DNA from: the human T2T-CHM13v2.0 reference genome, Homo sapiens | Direction: 5' to 3' (one strand) | Length of the DNA: 64,000 nucleotides | Assembly (NCBI RefSeq): GCF_009914755.1 | Contig: NC_060948.1 | Shown: in pieces, positions 1-12,700 of the stretch | Position numbering within the stretch: position 1 is the stretch's first letter | Layout: each line of letters begins with the position of its first letter | Made by a program: the position numbers and the translations under genes | The notes under the pieces: model-generated | Told to the model about the DNA's origin: nothing | The model's database searches: none | Seen by the model: only the letters and a program-made list of their open reading frames with translations

Positions 1-785
1 AAGTAATGCAATCGAATGGAATGGAACGAAATTTCACGGAATGGAATCAAACAGAATGGAATCAAATCAATGGAATATAATCAAATGGAATGGATAGGAA
101 TTGAATGGAATAGATTGGATTGGAAGGGATTGGAATGCAATGGAATGGGAAGGACTCGAATTTCATGAAACGGAATGGAATGGACTCGAATGGAATGGAA
201 TGTCATGGAATGGCATCAAATGGAATGGCATCAAATGGAATGGAATCGAATGCAATGGAATGTTATGGAATGGAATGGGATGCATTGGAATGAAATGTCC
301 TCTAATGGAATGGATTCGAGTGGAATTGAATCGAATATAATGGAGACGAATGAAATGGAATTGAAAGGAATGGGATCGAATAGAATGGAATATACTGGAA
401 TGTAATGTAATGAATTTGAATGTAATTGACTGGAATGGAATGTACGTGAATGGAATGTAATCGAATGGAAAGTAATCCAATGGAATAGAATCTAATGCAA
501 TAAAATCGACTCGAATGGAATAGAATGGAATGGAATGGAATGCAGTGCAGTGGAACGGAATGGAATGGAATGCAATGGAGTGGAATGGAATGGAATGGAA
601 TGGGATGGAATGGTTTGGAATGGATAGTAATGGACTGGAGTGAAATGGACTGGAAAGGAATGGACTCAAATTGAAAGGGCTCGAAAGGAATGGAGTCAAA
701 TGGAATGATCTGAAATGGAATGAACTCGAATGTAATACAATCCAATAGAATGGAAACAAATGGAATGGCATTGAATGGAATGGAA

Positions 786-939
786 TTGAATGGAATGGGA
801 ACGAATGGAGTGAAATTGTATGGAATAGAAGAGAATAGAATGGAATGCAAGGGAAAGGAAAGGAAAGGATTGGAATGGAATGGAATTCATTGGAATGGAA
901 GGGAATGTAGTGTAATGGACAGGCCTGGAATAAACTGGA
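786..939 (+). other. Target of the classical DYZ1 Y1.1/Y1.2 sex-typing PCR (154 bp, internal EcoRI and HaeIII sites), present once per unit
   Basis: TTGAATGGAATGGGAACGAATGG at 786-808 equals primer Y1.2 as I recall it. GGACAGGCCTGGAATAAACTGGA at 917-939 is the reverse complement of Y1.1 (TCCACTTTATTCCAGGCCTGTCC) with one mismatch. GAATTC lies at 883-888. Primer sequences are recalled, not looked up. Confidence 0.8.
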
Positions 940-1296
940 ATGCTACGGTCTGGAATGGAATAAAAATGTATCAAATGGAATGCAATGAAACGGAATTGAA
1001 TATCATAGAATGTAATGGAATGCAAAAAAATGGACTCCAAAATCATTGACTGGAAAGGCTGGGTGTCGAAAGGAATTGACTCCAATGGAATGGAATCGAA
1101 TGGAATGGAAGTGAATAGAATTGAACTAAATCGAATGGAATGGAATTGATAGGAACGGAATGGAAAGGAATGGAATGATTTGGCATGGAATGGAATCGAA
1201 TGGCATCGAATGGAATGGAATGGAATGCAATGGAATGGAATGTATTAGAATGTAATGAACTTTAATGGGATGTACTCGAATGGATTCGACTGGAAT

Positions 1297-1311
1297 GGAA
1301 TGTTCTGGAAG
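1297..1311. promoter_or_regulatory. Perfect three-unit heat shock element motif no. 1 (gGAAt-gTTCt-gGAAg), recurring in every unit
   Basis: GGAATGTTCTGGAAG matches nGAAnnTTCnnGAAn. Seen intact in all 18 copies by eye. Function is inferred from the motif only. Confidence 0.55.
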
Positions 1312-1556
1312 TGAATGGACTCCAATGGAATGGATTCGAAAGGAATGGAATCGAACGGAATGGAATCTAATGGAATGGAATTAAATGGAAAGGAATCAAA
1401 TGGAATAGCACGGAATTTAATTGAATGGAATCGAATGCAATGGAATCTAATGAAACAGAAAGGAAAGGAATGGAATGGAATGGAATCGAAACGAATGGAA
1501 TGGAATCGAACTGCAGAGACTGCCATGGAATGTACTGGAATGCAAGGGAGTGTAAT

Positions 1557-1571
1557 GGAAGGTTCTCGAAA
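1557..1571. promoter_or_regulatory. Perfect three-unit heat shock element motif no. 2 (gGAAg-gTTCt-cGAAa), recurring in every unit
   Basis: GGAAGGTTCTCGAAA matches nGAAnnTTCnnGAAn. Broken in the copy near 15556 (GGTAGGTTCTCGAA). The copy near 54043 has a spacer-only change. Confidence 0.55.
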
Positions 1572-2577
1572 AGAATGGAATCGAATGGAATGGAATTGAA
1601 TGGAACGGAATAGAGTCGAATGGAATTGAATGGAATGGAATGGACTAGAGTGAAATGGAATCGAGTCTCAAGGAATGGACAGGAATAAAATGGTCTCGAA
1701 TTGAATGGAATCGTATGGAATGGCATCAAACGGAATGGAATGGACAGCCACGGAATGGAATGCACTCGAATGCAATGGAGTCGAAACTAATGGACTGGAA
1801 TAGAATGGACTCGACTGGTACGGACTCCAATGGAATGGAATGGAATGGAAGGGAATCGAACGGAATGGACTCGAAGTGAAAAGACTGCAACGGAAAGGTT
1901 TCGAATGGAATGGAAATTAATGGAATGGAATGGAATCGAATGAAATGGAGTCAAAAGGAATGGAATCAAATGGCAAGGAATCGAATGTAATGGAATCGCA
2001 AGGAATGGATGTGAACGGAACGAAATGGAATGGAATCAAAAGGAATGGAATAGAATGGAATGGAATCGAATGGAAAGGACTCGAATGGAAATCACTTGAA
2101 TAGAATGAAATTTAATAAAATAGGATCAAATGTAATGGAATGGAATGGAAAGGAATCGAAACGAAAGGAATGGAGACAGATGGAATGGAATGGAACAGAG
2201 AGCAATGGTATAGAATGGAATGGAATCATCTGGAATGGAATTGAATGGAATGGAATAATATGATATGGAATGGAATGGAACGGAATGCCCTTGAATTAAA
2301 TGGACAGGAATGGAATGGACTCGAACAGAGTGGAATGGAAAGTGTTGAAATAGAATGGAATGGACTCCTTTGGAATGGTCTAGTATGCAATGCAATCGAC
2401 TGGCAGGGAATCAAAAGGAATGTAATCGAATGGATTGGACTGGAATGCAATGGGGTCGAATAGATAGGAAACGGAATGCAAAGGAATGGAATGGAATAGT
2501 ATGGAATGGAATGGAAAGGAATGGAGTGGAATAGACTAGAGTGGAATGGAATGGACTCGAAAGCAATGGACTGGAAT

Positions 2578-2592
2578 GGAACTTTCTTGAAT
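2578..2592. promoter_or_regulatory. Perfect three-unit heat shock element motif no. 3 (gGAAc-tTTCt-tGAAt), recurring in every unit
   Basis: GGAACTTTCTTGAAT matches nGAAnnTTCnnGAAn. Broken only in the copy near 37541 (GAACTTACTTGAA). Confidence 0.55.
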
Positions 2593-5500
2593 GGACTGGA
2601 ATCAAACGGAATGGAATGCAATGCAATCAAATGGCATGGAATAAAATAGAATGAAAGAGAATCAAATGGAATTGAATCGAATGGAATCGAATGGATTGGA
2701 AAGGAATAGAATGGAATGGAATGGAACTGACTCAAATGGAATGGACTAGAATGGAATGGAGTCGAATGGAAGGCAAAGGAATAGAATCTATTGGAATGGA
2801 CTGTAATGGAATGGAATGGAAGGGATTGGAATGGACTCGAATGGAATGGACTGCAATAGAAAGGATTCGAATGGAATGAAAAAGAATTGAATGGAATAGA
2901 ACAGAATGGAATCAAATCGAATGTAACGGAATGGAATTGAAAGGAATGGAATGAAATGGAATGGAAAGGATTCGAACGGAATGCAATCGAAGGGAATGCA
3001 ATCGAATGGAATGGAATCGAACGGAATGGAATAAAATGGAAGAAAACTGGCAAGAAATGGAATCGAAATGAATGGAGTGTTATGGAACGGACTCAAAAGG
3101 AATTGAATGTAATAGAATGGAGTGGAGTGGACTCGAATATAATGGACTGGAATGGAATGGAATCACATGGAATGGGAACGAATGGAATGGAATGGAAAGG
3201 AATGGAATGGAATGGAAAGGAATCGAATGGAAGGGAATGAAATTGAATCAACAGGAATGGAAGGGAATAGAATAGACTGTAATGGAATGGACTCGAATAG
3301 AATGGACACGAATGCTCAAATTGAATGGACTCGTATAGAATGGAAACGAAAGGAATGTCATCGAATGGAATTGAACCCATTGGAATGAAATCGCCTAGAA
3401 TGGAGTGGAATCAAATGGAATTGAATCGAAAGTAAAGGAAGCGAATGGACTGAAATGAAATGGAATTGAATTGAATGGAAAGTAATGCAATGGAATGGAA
3501 TGGAACGAAATTTCACGGAATGGAATCAAACAGAATGGAATCAAATCAATGGAATATAATCAAATGGAATGGATAGGAATTGAATGGAATAGATTGGACT
3601 GGAAGTGATTGGAAAGCAATGGAATGGGAAGGACTCGAATTTCATGAAACGGAATGGAATGGACTCGAATGGAATGGAATGTCATGGAATGGCATCAAAT
3701 GGAATGGCATCAAATGGAATGGAATGGAATGCAATGGAATGTTATGGAATGGAATGGGATGCATTGGAATGAAATGTCCTCTAATGGAATGGATTCGAGT
3801 GGAATGGAATCGAATATAATGGAGTCGAATGAAATGGAATTGAAAGGAATGGGATCGAATAGAATGGAATATACTTTAATGTAATGTAATGAAGTCGAAC
3901 GTAATTGACTGGAATGGAATGTACGTGAATGGAATGTAACCGAATGGAAAGTAATCCAATGGAATAGAATCTAATGCAATAAAATCGACTCGAATGGAAT
4001 AGAATGTAATGGAATGGAATGCAGTGCAGTGGAACGGAATGGAATGGAATGCAATGGAGTGGAATGGAATGGAATGGAATGGAATGGAATGGAATGGTAT
4101 GGAATGGATAGTAATGGACTGGAGTGAAATGGACTGGAAAGGAATGGACTCAAATTGAAAGGGCTCGAAAGGAATGGAGTCAAATGGAATGATCTGAAAT
4201 GGAATGAACTCGAATGTAATACAATCCAATAGAATGGAAACAAATGGAATGGAATTGAATGGAATGGAATTGAATGGAATGGGAACGAATGGAGTGAAAT
4301 TGTATGGAATAGAAGAGAATAGAATGGAATGCAAGGGAAAGGAAAGGAATGGATTGGAATGGAATGGAATTCATTGGAATGGAAGGGAATGTAGTGTAAT
4401 GGACAGGCCTGGAATAAACTGGAATGCTACGGTCTCGAATGGAATAAAAATGTATGGAATGGAATGCAATGAAACGGAATCGAATGTCATAGAATGTAAT
4501 GGAATGCAAAAAAATGGACTCCAAAATCATTGACTGGAAAGGCTGGGTGTCGAAAGGAATTGACTCCAATGGAATGGAATCGAATGGAATGTAAGTGAAT
4601 AGAATCGAACTAAATCGAATGGAATGGAATTGATAAGAACGGAATGGAAAGGAATGGAATGATTTGGCACGGAATGGAATCGAATGACATCGAATGGAAT
4701 GGAATGGAATGCAATGGAATGGAATGTATTAGAATGTAATGAACTTTAATGGGATGTACTCGAATGGATTCGACTGGAATAGAATGTTCTGGAAGTGAAT
4801 GGACTCCAATGGAATGGATTCGAAAGGAATGGAATCGAACGGAATGGAATCTAATGGAATGGAATTAAATGGAAAGGAATCAAATGGAATAGCACGGAAT
4901 TGAATTGAATGGAATCGAATGCAATGGAATCTAATGAAACGGAAAGGAATGGAATGGAATGGGCTGGAATGGAATGGGCTGGAATGGAATGGAATCGAAA
5001 CGAATGGAATGGAATCGAACTGCAGATACTGCAATGGAATGTACTGGAATGCAATGGAGTGTAAAGGAAGGTTCTCGAAAAGAATGGAATCGAATGGAAT
5101 GGAATTGAATGGAACGGAATAGAGTCGAATGGAATTGAATGGAATGGAATTGACTAGAGTGAAATGTAATCGAATCACAAGGAATGGACAGGAATAGAAT
5201 GGTCTCGAATTGAATGGAATCGTATGGAATGGCATCAAACGGAATGGAATGGACAGCCACGGAATGGAAAGCACTCGAATGCAATGGAGTCGAAACTAAT
5301 GGACTGGAACAGAGTGGACTCGACTGGTACGGACTCCAATGGAATGGAATGGAATGGAAGGGAATCGAACGGAATGGACTCGAAGTGAAAAGACTGCAAC
5401 GGAAAGGTTTCGAATGGAATGGAAATTAATGGAATGGAATGGAATCGAATGAAATGGAGTCAAAAGGAATGGAATCGAATGGCAAGGAATCGAATGTAAT

Positions 5501-8500
5501 GGAATCGCAAGGAATGGATGTGAACGGAACGGAATGGAATGGAATCAAAAGGAATGGAATAGAATGGAATGGAATCGAATGGAAAGGACTCGAATGGAAA
5601 TCACTTGAACAGAATGAAATTTAATAAAATAGGATCAAATGTAATGGAATGGAATGGAAAGGAATCGAAACGAAAGGAATGGAGACAGAAGGAATGGAAT
5701 GGAACAGAGAGCAATGGTATAGAATGGAATGGAAGCATCTGGAATGGAATTGAATGGAATGGAATAATATGATATGGAATGGAATGGAATGGAATGCCCT
5801 TGAATTAAATGGACTGGAATGGAATGGACTCGAACAGAGTGGAATGGAAAGTGTTGAAATAGAATGGAATGGACTCCTTTGGAATGGTCTAGTATGCAAT
5901 GCAATCGACTGGCAGGGAATCAAAAGGAATGTAATGGAATGGATTGGACTGGAATGCAATGGAGTCGAATAGATAGGAAACGGAATGCAAAGGAATGGAA
6001 TGGAATAGTATGGAATGGAATGGAAAGGAATGGAGTGGAATAGACTAGAGTGGAATGGAATGGACTCGAAAGCAATGGACTGGAATGGAACTTTCTTGAA
6101 TGGACTGGAATCAAACGGAATGGAATGCAATGCAATCAAATGGCATGGAATAAAATAGAATGAAAGAGAATCAAATGGAATTGAATCGAATGGAATCGAA
6201 TGGATTGGAAAGGAATAGAATGGAATGGAATGGAACTGACTCAAATGGAATGGACTAGAATGGAATGGAGTCGAATGGAAGGCAAAGGAATAGAATCTAT
6301 TGGAATGGACTGTAATGGAATGGAATGGAAGGGATTGGAATGGACTCGAATGGAATGGACTGCAATAGAAAGGATTCGAATGGAATGAAAAAGAATTGAA
6401 TGGAATAGAACAGAATGGAATCAAATCGAATGTAACGGAATGGAATTGAAAGGAATGGAATGAAATGGAATGGAAAGGATTCGAATGGAATGCAATCGAA
6501 GGGAATGCAATCGAATGGAATGGAATCGAACGGAATGGAATAAAATGGAAGAAAACTGGCAAGAAATGGAATCGAAATGAATGGAGTGTTATGGAACGGA
6601 CTCAAAAGCAATTGAGTGTAATAGAATGGAGTGGAGTGGACTCGAATATAATGGACTGCAAAGGAATGGAATCACATGGAATGGGAACGAATGGAATGGA
6701 ATGGAAAGGAATGGAATCGAATGGAAAGGAATCGAATGGAAGGGAATGAAATTGAATCAACAGGAATGAAAGGGAATAGAATAGACTGTAATGGAATGGA
6801 CTCGAATAGAATGGACACGAATGCTCAAATTGAATGGACTCGTATAGAATGGAAACGAAAGGAATGTCATCGAATGGAATTGAACCCATTGGAATGAAAT
6901 CGCATAGAATGGAGTGGAATCAAATGGAATTGAATCGAAAGTAAAGGAAGCGAATGGACTGAAATGAAATGGAATTGAATTGAATGGAAAGTAATGCAAT
7001 GGAATGGAATGGAACGAAATTTCACGTAATGGAATCAAACAGAATGGAATCAAATCAATGGAATATAATCAAATGGAATGGATAGGAATTGAATGGAATA
7101 GATTGGACTGGAAGTGATTGGAATGCAATGGAATGGGAAGGACTCGAATTTCATGAAACGGAATGGAATGGACTCGAATGGAATGGAATGTCATGGAATG
7201 GCATCAAATGGAATGGCATCAAATGGAATGGAATGGAATGCAATCGAATGTTATGGAATGGAATGGGATGCATTGGAATGAAATGTCCTCTAATGGAATG
7301 GATTCGAGTGGAATGGAATCGAATATAATGGAGTCGAATGATAAGGAATTGAAAGGAATGGGATCGAATAGAATGGAATATACTGGAATGTAATGTAATG
7401 AAGTCGAATGTAATTGACTGGAATGGAATGTACGTAAATGGAATGTAATCGAATGGAAGGTAATCCAATGGAATAGAATCTAATGCAATAAAATCGACTC
7501 GAATGGAATAGAATGGAATGGAATGGAATGCAGTGCAGTGGAACGGAATGGAATGGAATGCAATGGAGTGGAATGGAATGGAATGGAATGGAATGGAATG
7601 GTATGGAATGGATAGTAATGGACTGGAGTGAAATGGACTGGAAAGGAATGGACTCAAATTGAAAGGGCTCGAAAGGAATGGAGTCAAATGGAATGATCTG
7701 AAATGGAATGAACTCGAATGTAATACAATCCAATAGAATGGAAACAAATGGAATGGAATTGAATGGAATGGAATTGAATGGAATGGGAACGAATGGAGTG
7801 AAATTGTATGGAATAGAAGAGAATAGAATGGAATGCAAGGGAAAGGAAAGGAATGGATTGGAATGGAATGGAATTCATTGGGATGGAAGGGAATGTAGTG
7901 TAATGGACAGGCCTGGAATAAACTGGAATGCTACGGTCTCGAATGGAATAAAAATGTATGGAATGGAATGCAATGAAACGGAATCGAATGTCATAGAATG
8001 TAATGGAATGCAAAAAAATGGACTCCAAAATCATTGACTGGAAAGGCTGGGTGTCGAAAGGAATTGACTCCAATGGAATGGAATCGAATGGAATGGAAGT
8101 GAATAGAATCGAACTAAATCGAATGGAATGGAATTGATAGGAACGGAATGGAAAGGAATGGAATGATTTGGCATGGAATGGAATCGAATGACATCGAATG
8201 GAATGGAATGGAATGCAATGGAATGTAATGTATTAGAATGTAATGAACTTTAATGGGATGTACTCGAATGGATTCGACTGGAATGGAATGTTCTGGAAGT
8301 GAATGGACTCCAATGGAATGGAATCGAACGGAATGGAATCTAATGGAATGGAATTAAATGGAAAGGAATCAAATGGAATAGCACGGAATTTAATTGAATG
8401 GAATCGAATGCAATGGAATCTAATGAAACGGAAAGGAATGGAATGGAATGGGCTGGAATGGAATGGGCTGGAATGGAATGGAATCGAAACGAATGGAATG

Positions 8501-9799
8501 GAATCGAACTGCAGATACTGCAATGGAATGTACTGGTATGCAACGGAGTGTAATGGAAGGTTCTCGAAAAGAATGGAATCGAATGGAATGGAATTGAATG
8601 GAACGGAATAGAGTCGAATGGAATTGAATGGAATGGAATTGACTAGAGTGAAATGTAATCGAATCACAAGGAATGGACAGGAATAGAATGGTCTCGAATT
8701 GAATGGAATCGTATGGAATGGCATCAAACGGAATGGAATGGACAGCCACGTAATGGAAAGCACTCGAATGCAATGGAGTCGAAACTAATGGACTGGAATA
8801 GAATGGACTCGACTGGTACGGACTCCAATGGAATGGAATGGAATGGAAGGGAATCGAACGGAATGGACTCGAAGTGAAAAGACTGCAACGGAAAGGTTTC
8901 GAATGGAATGGAAATTAATGGAATGGAATGGAATCGAATGAAATGGAGTCAAAAGGAATGGAATCGAATGGCAAGGAATCGAATGTAATGGAATCGCAAG
9001 GAATGGATGTGAACGGAACAGAATGGAATGGAATCAAAAGGAATGGAATAGAATGGAATGGAATCGAATGGAAAGGACTCGAATGGAAATCACTTGAATA
9101 GAATGAAATTTAATAAAATAGGATCAAATATAATGGAATGGAATGGAAAGGAATTGAAGCGAAAGGAATAGAGACAGATGGAATGGAATGGAACAGAGAG
9201 CAATGGTATAGAATGGAATGGAATCATCTGGAATGGAATTTAATGGAATGGAATAATATGATATGGAATGGAATGGAATGGAATGCCCTTGAATGAAATG
9301 GACTGGAATGGAATGGACTCGAACAGAGTGGAATGGAAAGTGTTGAAATAGAATGGAATGGACTCCTTTGGAATGGTCTAGTATGCAATGCAATCGACTG
9401 GCAGGGAATCAAAAGGAATGTAATCGAATGGATTGGACTGGAATGCAATGGAGTCGAATAGATAGGAAACGGAATGCAAAGGAATGGAATGGAATAGTAT
9501 GGAATGGAATGGAAAGGAATGGAGTGGAATAGACTAGAGTGGAATGGAATGGACTCGAAAGCAATGGACTGGAATGGAACTTTCTTGAATGGACTGGAAT
9601 CAAACGGAATGGAATGCAATACAATCAAATGGCATGGAATAAAATAGAATGAAAGAGAATCAAATGGAATTGAATCGAATGGAATCGAATGGATTGGAAA
9701 GGAATAGAATGGAATGGAATGGAACTGACTCAAATGGAATGGACTAGAATGGAATGGAGTCGAATGGAAGGCAAAGGAATAGAATCTATTGGAATGGAC

Positions 9800-12700
9800 T
9801 GTAATGGAATGGAATGGAAGGGATTGGAATGGACTCGAATGGAATGGACTACAATAGAAAGGATTCGAATGGAATGAAAAAGAATTGAATGGAATAGAAC
9901 AGAATGGTATCAAATCGAATGTAACGGAATGGAATTGAAAGGAATGGAATGAAATGAAATGGAAAGGATTCGAATGGAATGCAATCGAAGGGAATGCAAT
10001 CAAATGGAATGGAATCGAACGGAATGGAATAAAATGGAAGAAAACTGGCAAGAAATGGAATCGAAATGAATGGAGTGTTATGGAACGGACTCAAAAGTAA
10101 TTGAATGTAATTGAATGGAGTGGAGTGGACTCGAATATAATGGACTGGAATGGAACGGAATCACATGGAATGGGAACGAATGGAATGGAATGGAAAGGAA
10201 TGGAATCGAATGGAAAGGAATCGAATGGAAGGGAATGAAATTGAATCAACAGGAATGGAAGGGAATAGAATAGACTGTAATGGAATGGACTCGAATAGAA
10301 TAGACACGAATGTTCAAATTGAATGGACTCGTATAGAATGGAAACGAAAGGAATGTCATCGAATGGAATTGAATCCATTGGAATGAAATCGCCTAGAATG
10401 GAGTGGAATCAAATGGAATTGAATCGAAAGTAAAGGAAGCGAATGGACTGAAATGAAATGGAATGGAATTGAATGGAAAGTAATGCAATGGAATGGAATG
10501 GAAAGAAATTTCACGGAATGGAATCAAACAGAATGGAATCAAATCAATGGAATATAATCAAATGGAATGGATAGGAATTGAATGGAATAGATTGGATTGG
10601 AAGGGATTGGAATGCAATGGACTGGGAAGGACTCGAATTTCATGAAACGGAATGGAATGGACTCGAATGGAATGGAATGTCATGGAATGGCATCAAATGG
10701 AATGGCATCAAATGGAATGGAATCGAATGCAATGGAATGTTATGGAATGGAATGGAATGAATTGGAATGAAATGTCCTCTAATGGAATGGATTCGAGTGG
10801 AATGGAATCGAATATAATGGAGTCGAATGAAATGGAATTGAAAGGAATGGGATCGAATAGAATGGAACATACTGGAATGTAATGTAATGAAGTCGAATGT
10901 AGTTGACTGGAATGGAATGTACGTGAATGGAATGTAATCGAATGGAAAGTAATCCAATGGAATAGAATCTAATGCAATAAAATCGTCTCGAATGGAATAG
11001 AATGGAATGGAATGGAATGCAGTGCAATGGAACTGAATGGAATGGAATGCAATGGAGTGGAGTGGAATGGAATGGAATGGGATGGAATGGTATGGAATGG
11101 ATAGTAATGGACTGGAGTGAAATGGACTGGAAAGGAATGGACTCTAATTTAAAGGGCTCGAAAGGAATGGAGTCAAATGGAATGATCTGGAATGGAAGGA
11201 ACTCGAATGTAATGCAATCCAATAGAATGGAAACAAATGGAATGGAATTGAATGGAATGGAATTGAATGGAATGGGAACGAATGAAGTGAAATTGTATGG
11301 AATAAAAGAGTATAGAATGGAATGCAAGGGAAAGGAAAGGAATGGATTGGAATGGAATGGAATTCATTGGAATGGAAGGGAATGTAGTGTAATGGACAGG
11401 CCTGGAATAAACTGGAATTCTACGGTCTCGAATGGAATAAAAATGTATGGAATGGAATGCAGTGAAACGAATCGAATGTCATAGAATGTAACGGAATGCA
11501 AAAAAATGGACTCCAAAATCATTGACTGGAAAGGCTGGGTGTCGGAAGGAATTGACTCCAATGGAATGGAATCGAATGGAATGGAAGTGAATAGAATCGA
11601 ACTAAATCGAATGGAATGGAATTGATAGGAACGGAATGGAAAGGAATGGAATGATTTGGCATGGAATGGAATCGAATGGCATCGAATGGAATGGAATGGA
11701 ATGCAGTGGAATGGAATGTATTAGAATGTAATGAACTTTAATGGGATGTACTCGAATGGATTCGACTGGAATGGAATGTTCTGGAAGTGAATGGACTCCA
11801 ATGGAATGGATTCGAAAGGAATGGAATCGAACGGAATGGAATCTAATGGAATGGAATTAAATGGAAAGGAATCAAATGGAATAGCACGGAATTGAATTGA
11901 ATGGAATCGAATGCAATGGAATCTAATGAAACGGAAAGGAAAGGAATGGAATGGAATGGAATGGGCTGGAATGGAATGGAATCGAAACGAATGGAATGGA
12001 ATCGAACTGCAGAGACTGCAATGGAATGTACTGGAATGCAAGGGAGTGTAATGGAAGGTTCTCGAAAAGAATGGAATCGAATGGAATGGAATTGAATGGA
12101 ACGGAATAGAGTCGAATGGAATTGAATGGAATGGAATGGACTAGAGTGAAATGGAATCGAGTCACAAGGAATGGACAGGAATAGAATGGTCTCGAATTGA
12201 ATGGAATCGTATGGAATGGCATCAAACGGAATGGAATGGACAGCCACGGAATGGAATGCACTCGAATGCAATGGAGTCGAAACTAATGGACTGGAATAGA
12301 ATGGACTCGACTGGTACGGACTCCAATGGAATGGAATGGAATGGAAGGGAATCGAACGGAATGGACTCGAAGTGAAAAGACTGCAACGGAAAGGTTTCGA
12401 ATGGAATGGAAATTAATGGAATGGAATGGAATCGAATGAAATGGAGTCAAAAGGAATGGAATCGAATGGCAAGGAATCGAATGTAATGGAATCACAAGGA
12501 ATGGATGTGAACGGAACGGAATGGAATGGAATCAAAAGGAATGGAATAGAATGGAATGGAATCGAATGGAAAGGACTCTAATGGAAATCACTTGAATAGA
12601 AGGAAATTTAATAAAATAGGATCAAATATAATGGAATGGAATGGAAAGGAATCAAAACGAAAGGAATGGAGACAGATGGAAAGGAATGGAACAGAGAGCA

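Larger units (their letters stand above)
921..4404 (+). repeat. First complete DYZ1 unit (StuI to StuI, 3484 bp), representative monomer
   Basis: AGGCCT at 921 and 4405. This copy lacks the GGGCT-containing 20 bp near 1480 that most other units carry. Confidence 0.93.

Noticed and set aside
59-69. DUX4-like double-homeobox motif (GAATCAAATCA; GAATCTAATCA at ~42026 and ~49038)
   Set aside because: It mismatches the TAAT first half-site and is easily generated from pentamer variants, so there is no independent support.
578-610. Variable-length pure GGAAT tract between GGAGT and GGGAT (about 4-6 copies among units)
   Set aside because: Ordinary 5-bp slippage explains the +/-5 unit-length differences, so it is not a separate feature.
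1021-1080. More complex island GCAAAAAAATGGACTCCAAAATCATTGACTGGAAAGGCTGGGTGTCG as a possible insertion or Alu relic
   Set aside because: It stays in pentamer phase, has no target-site duplication and no extended Alu/L1 similarity beyond GGCTGGGTG. It is best read as diverged pentamers.
2226-3053. Recurrent 275-aa minus-strand ORF present in most units
   Set aside because: Persistence reflects unit identity and the stop-poor CATTC strand. It starts at a non-ATG codon and is disrupted or frameshifted in copies at ~37545, ~40850, ~44389 and ~47862.
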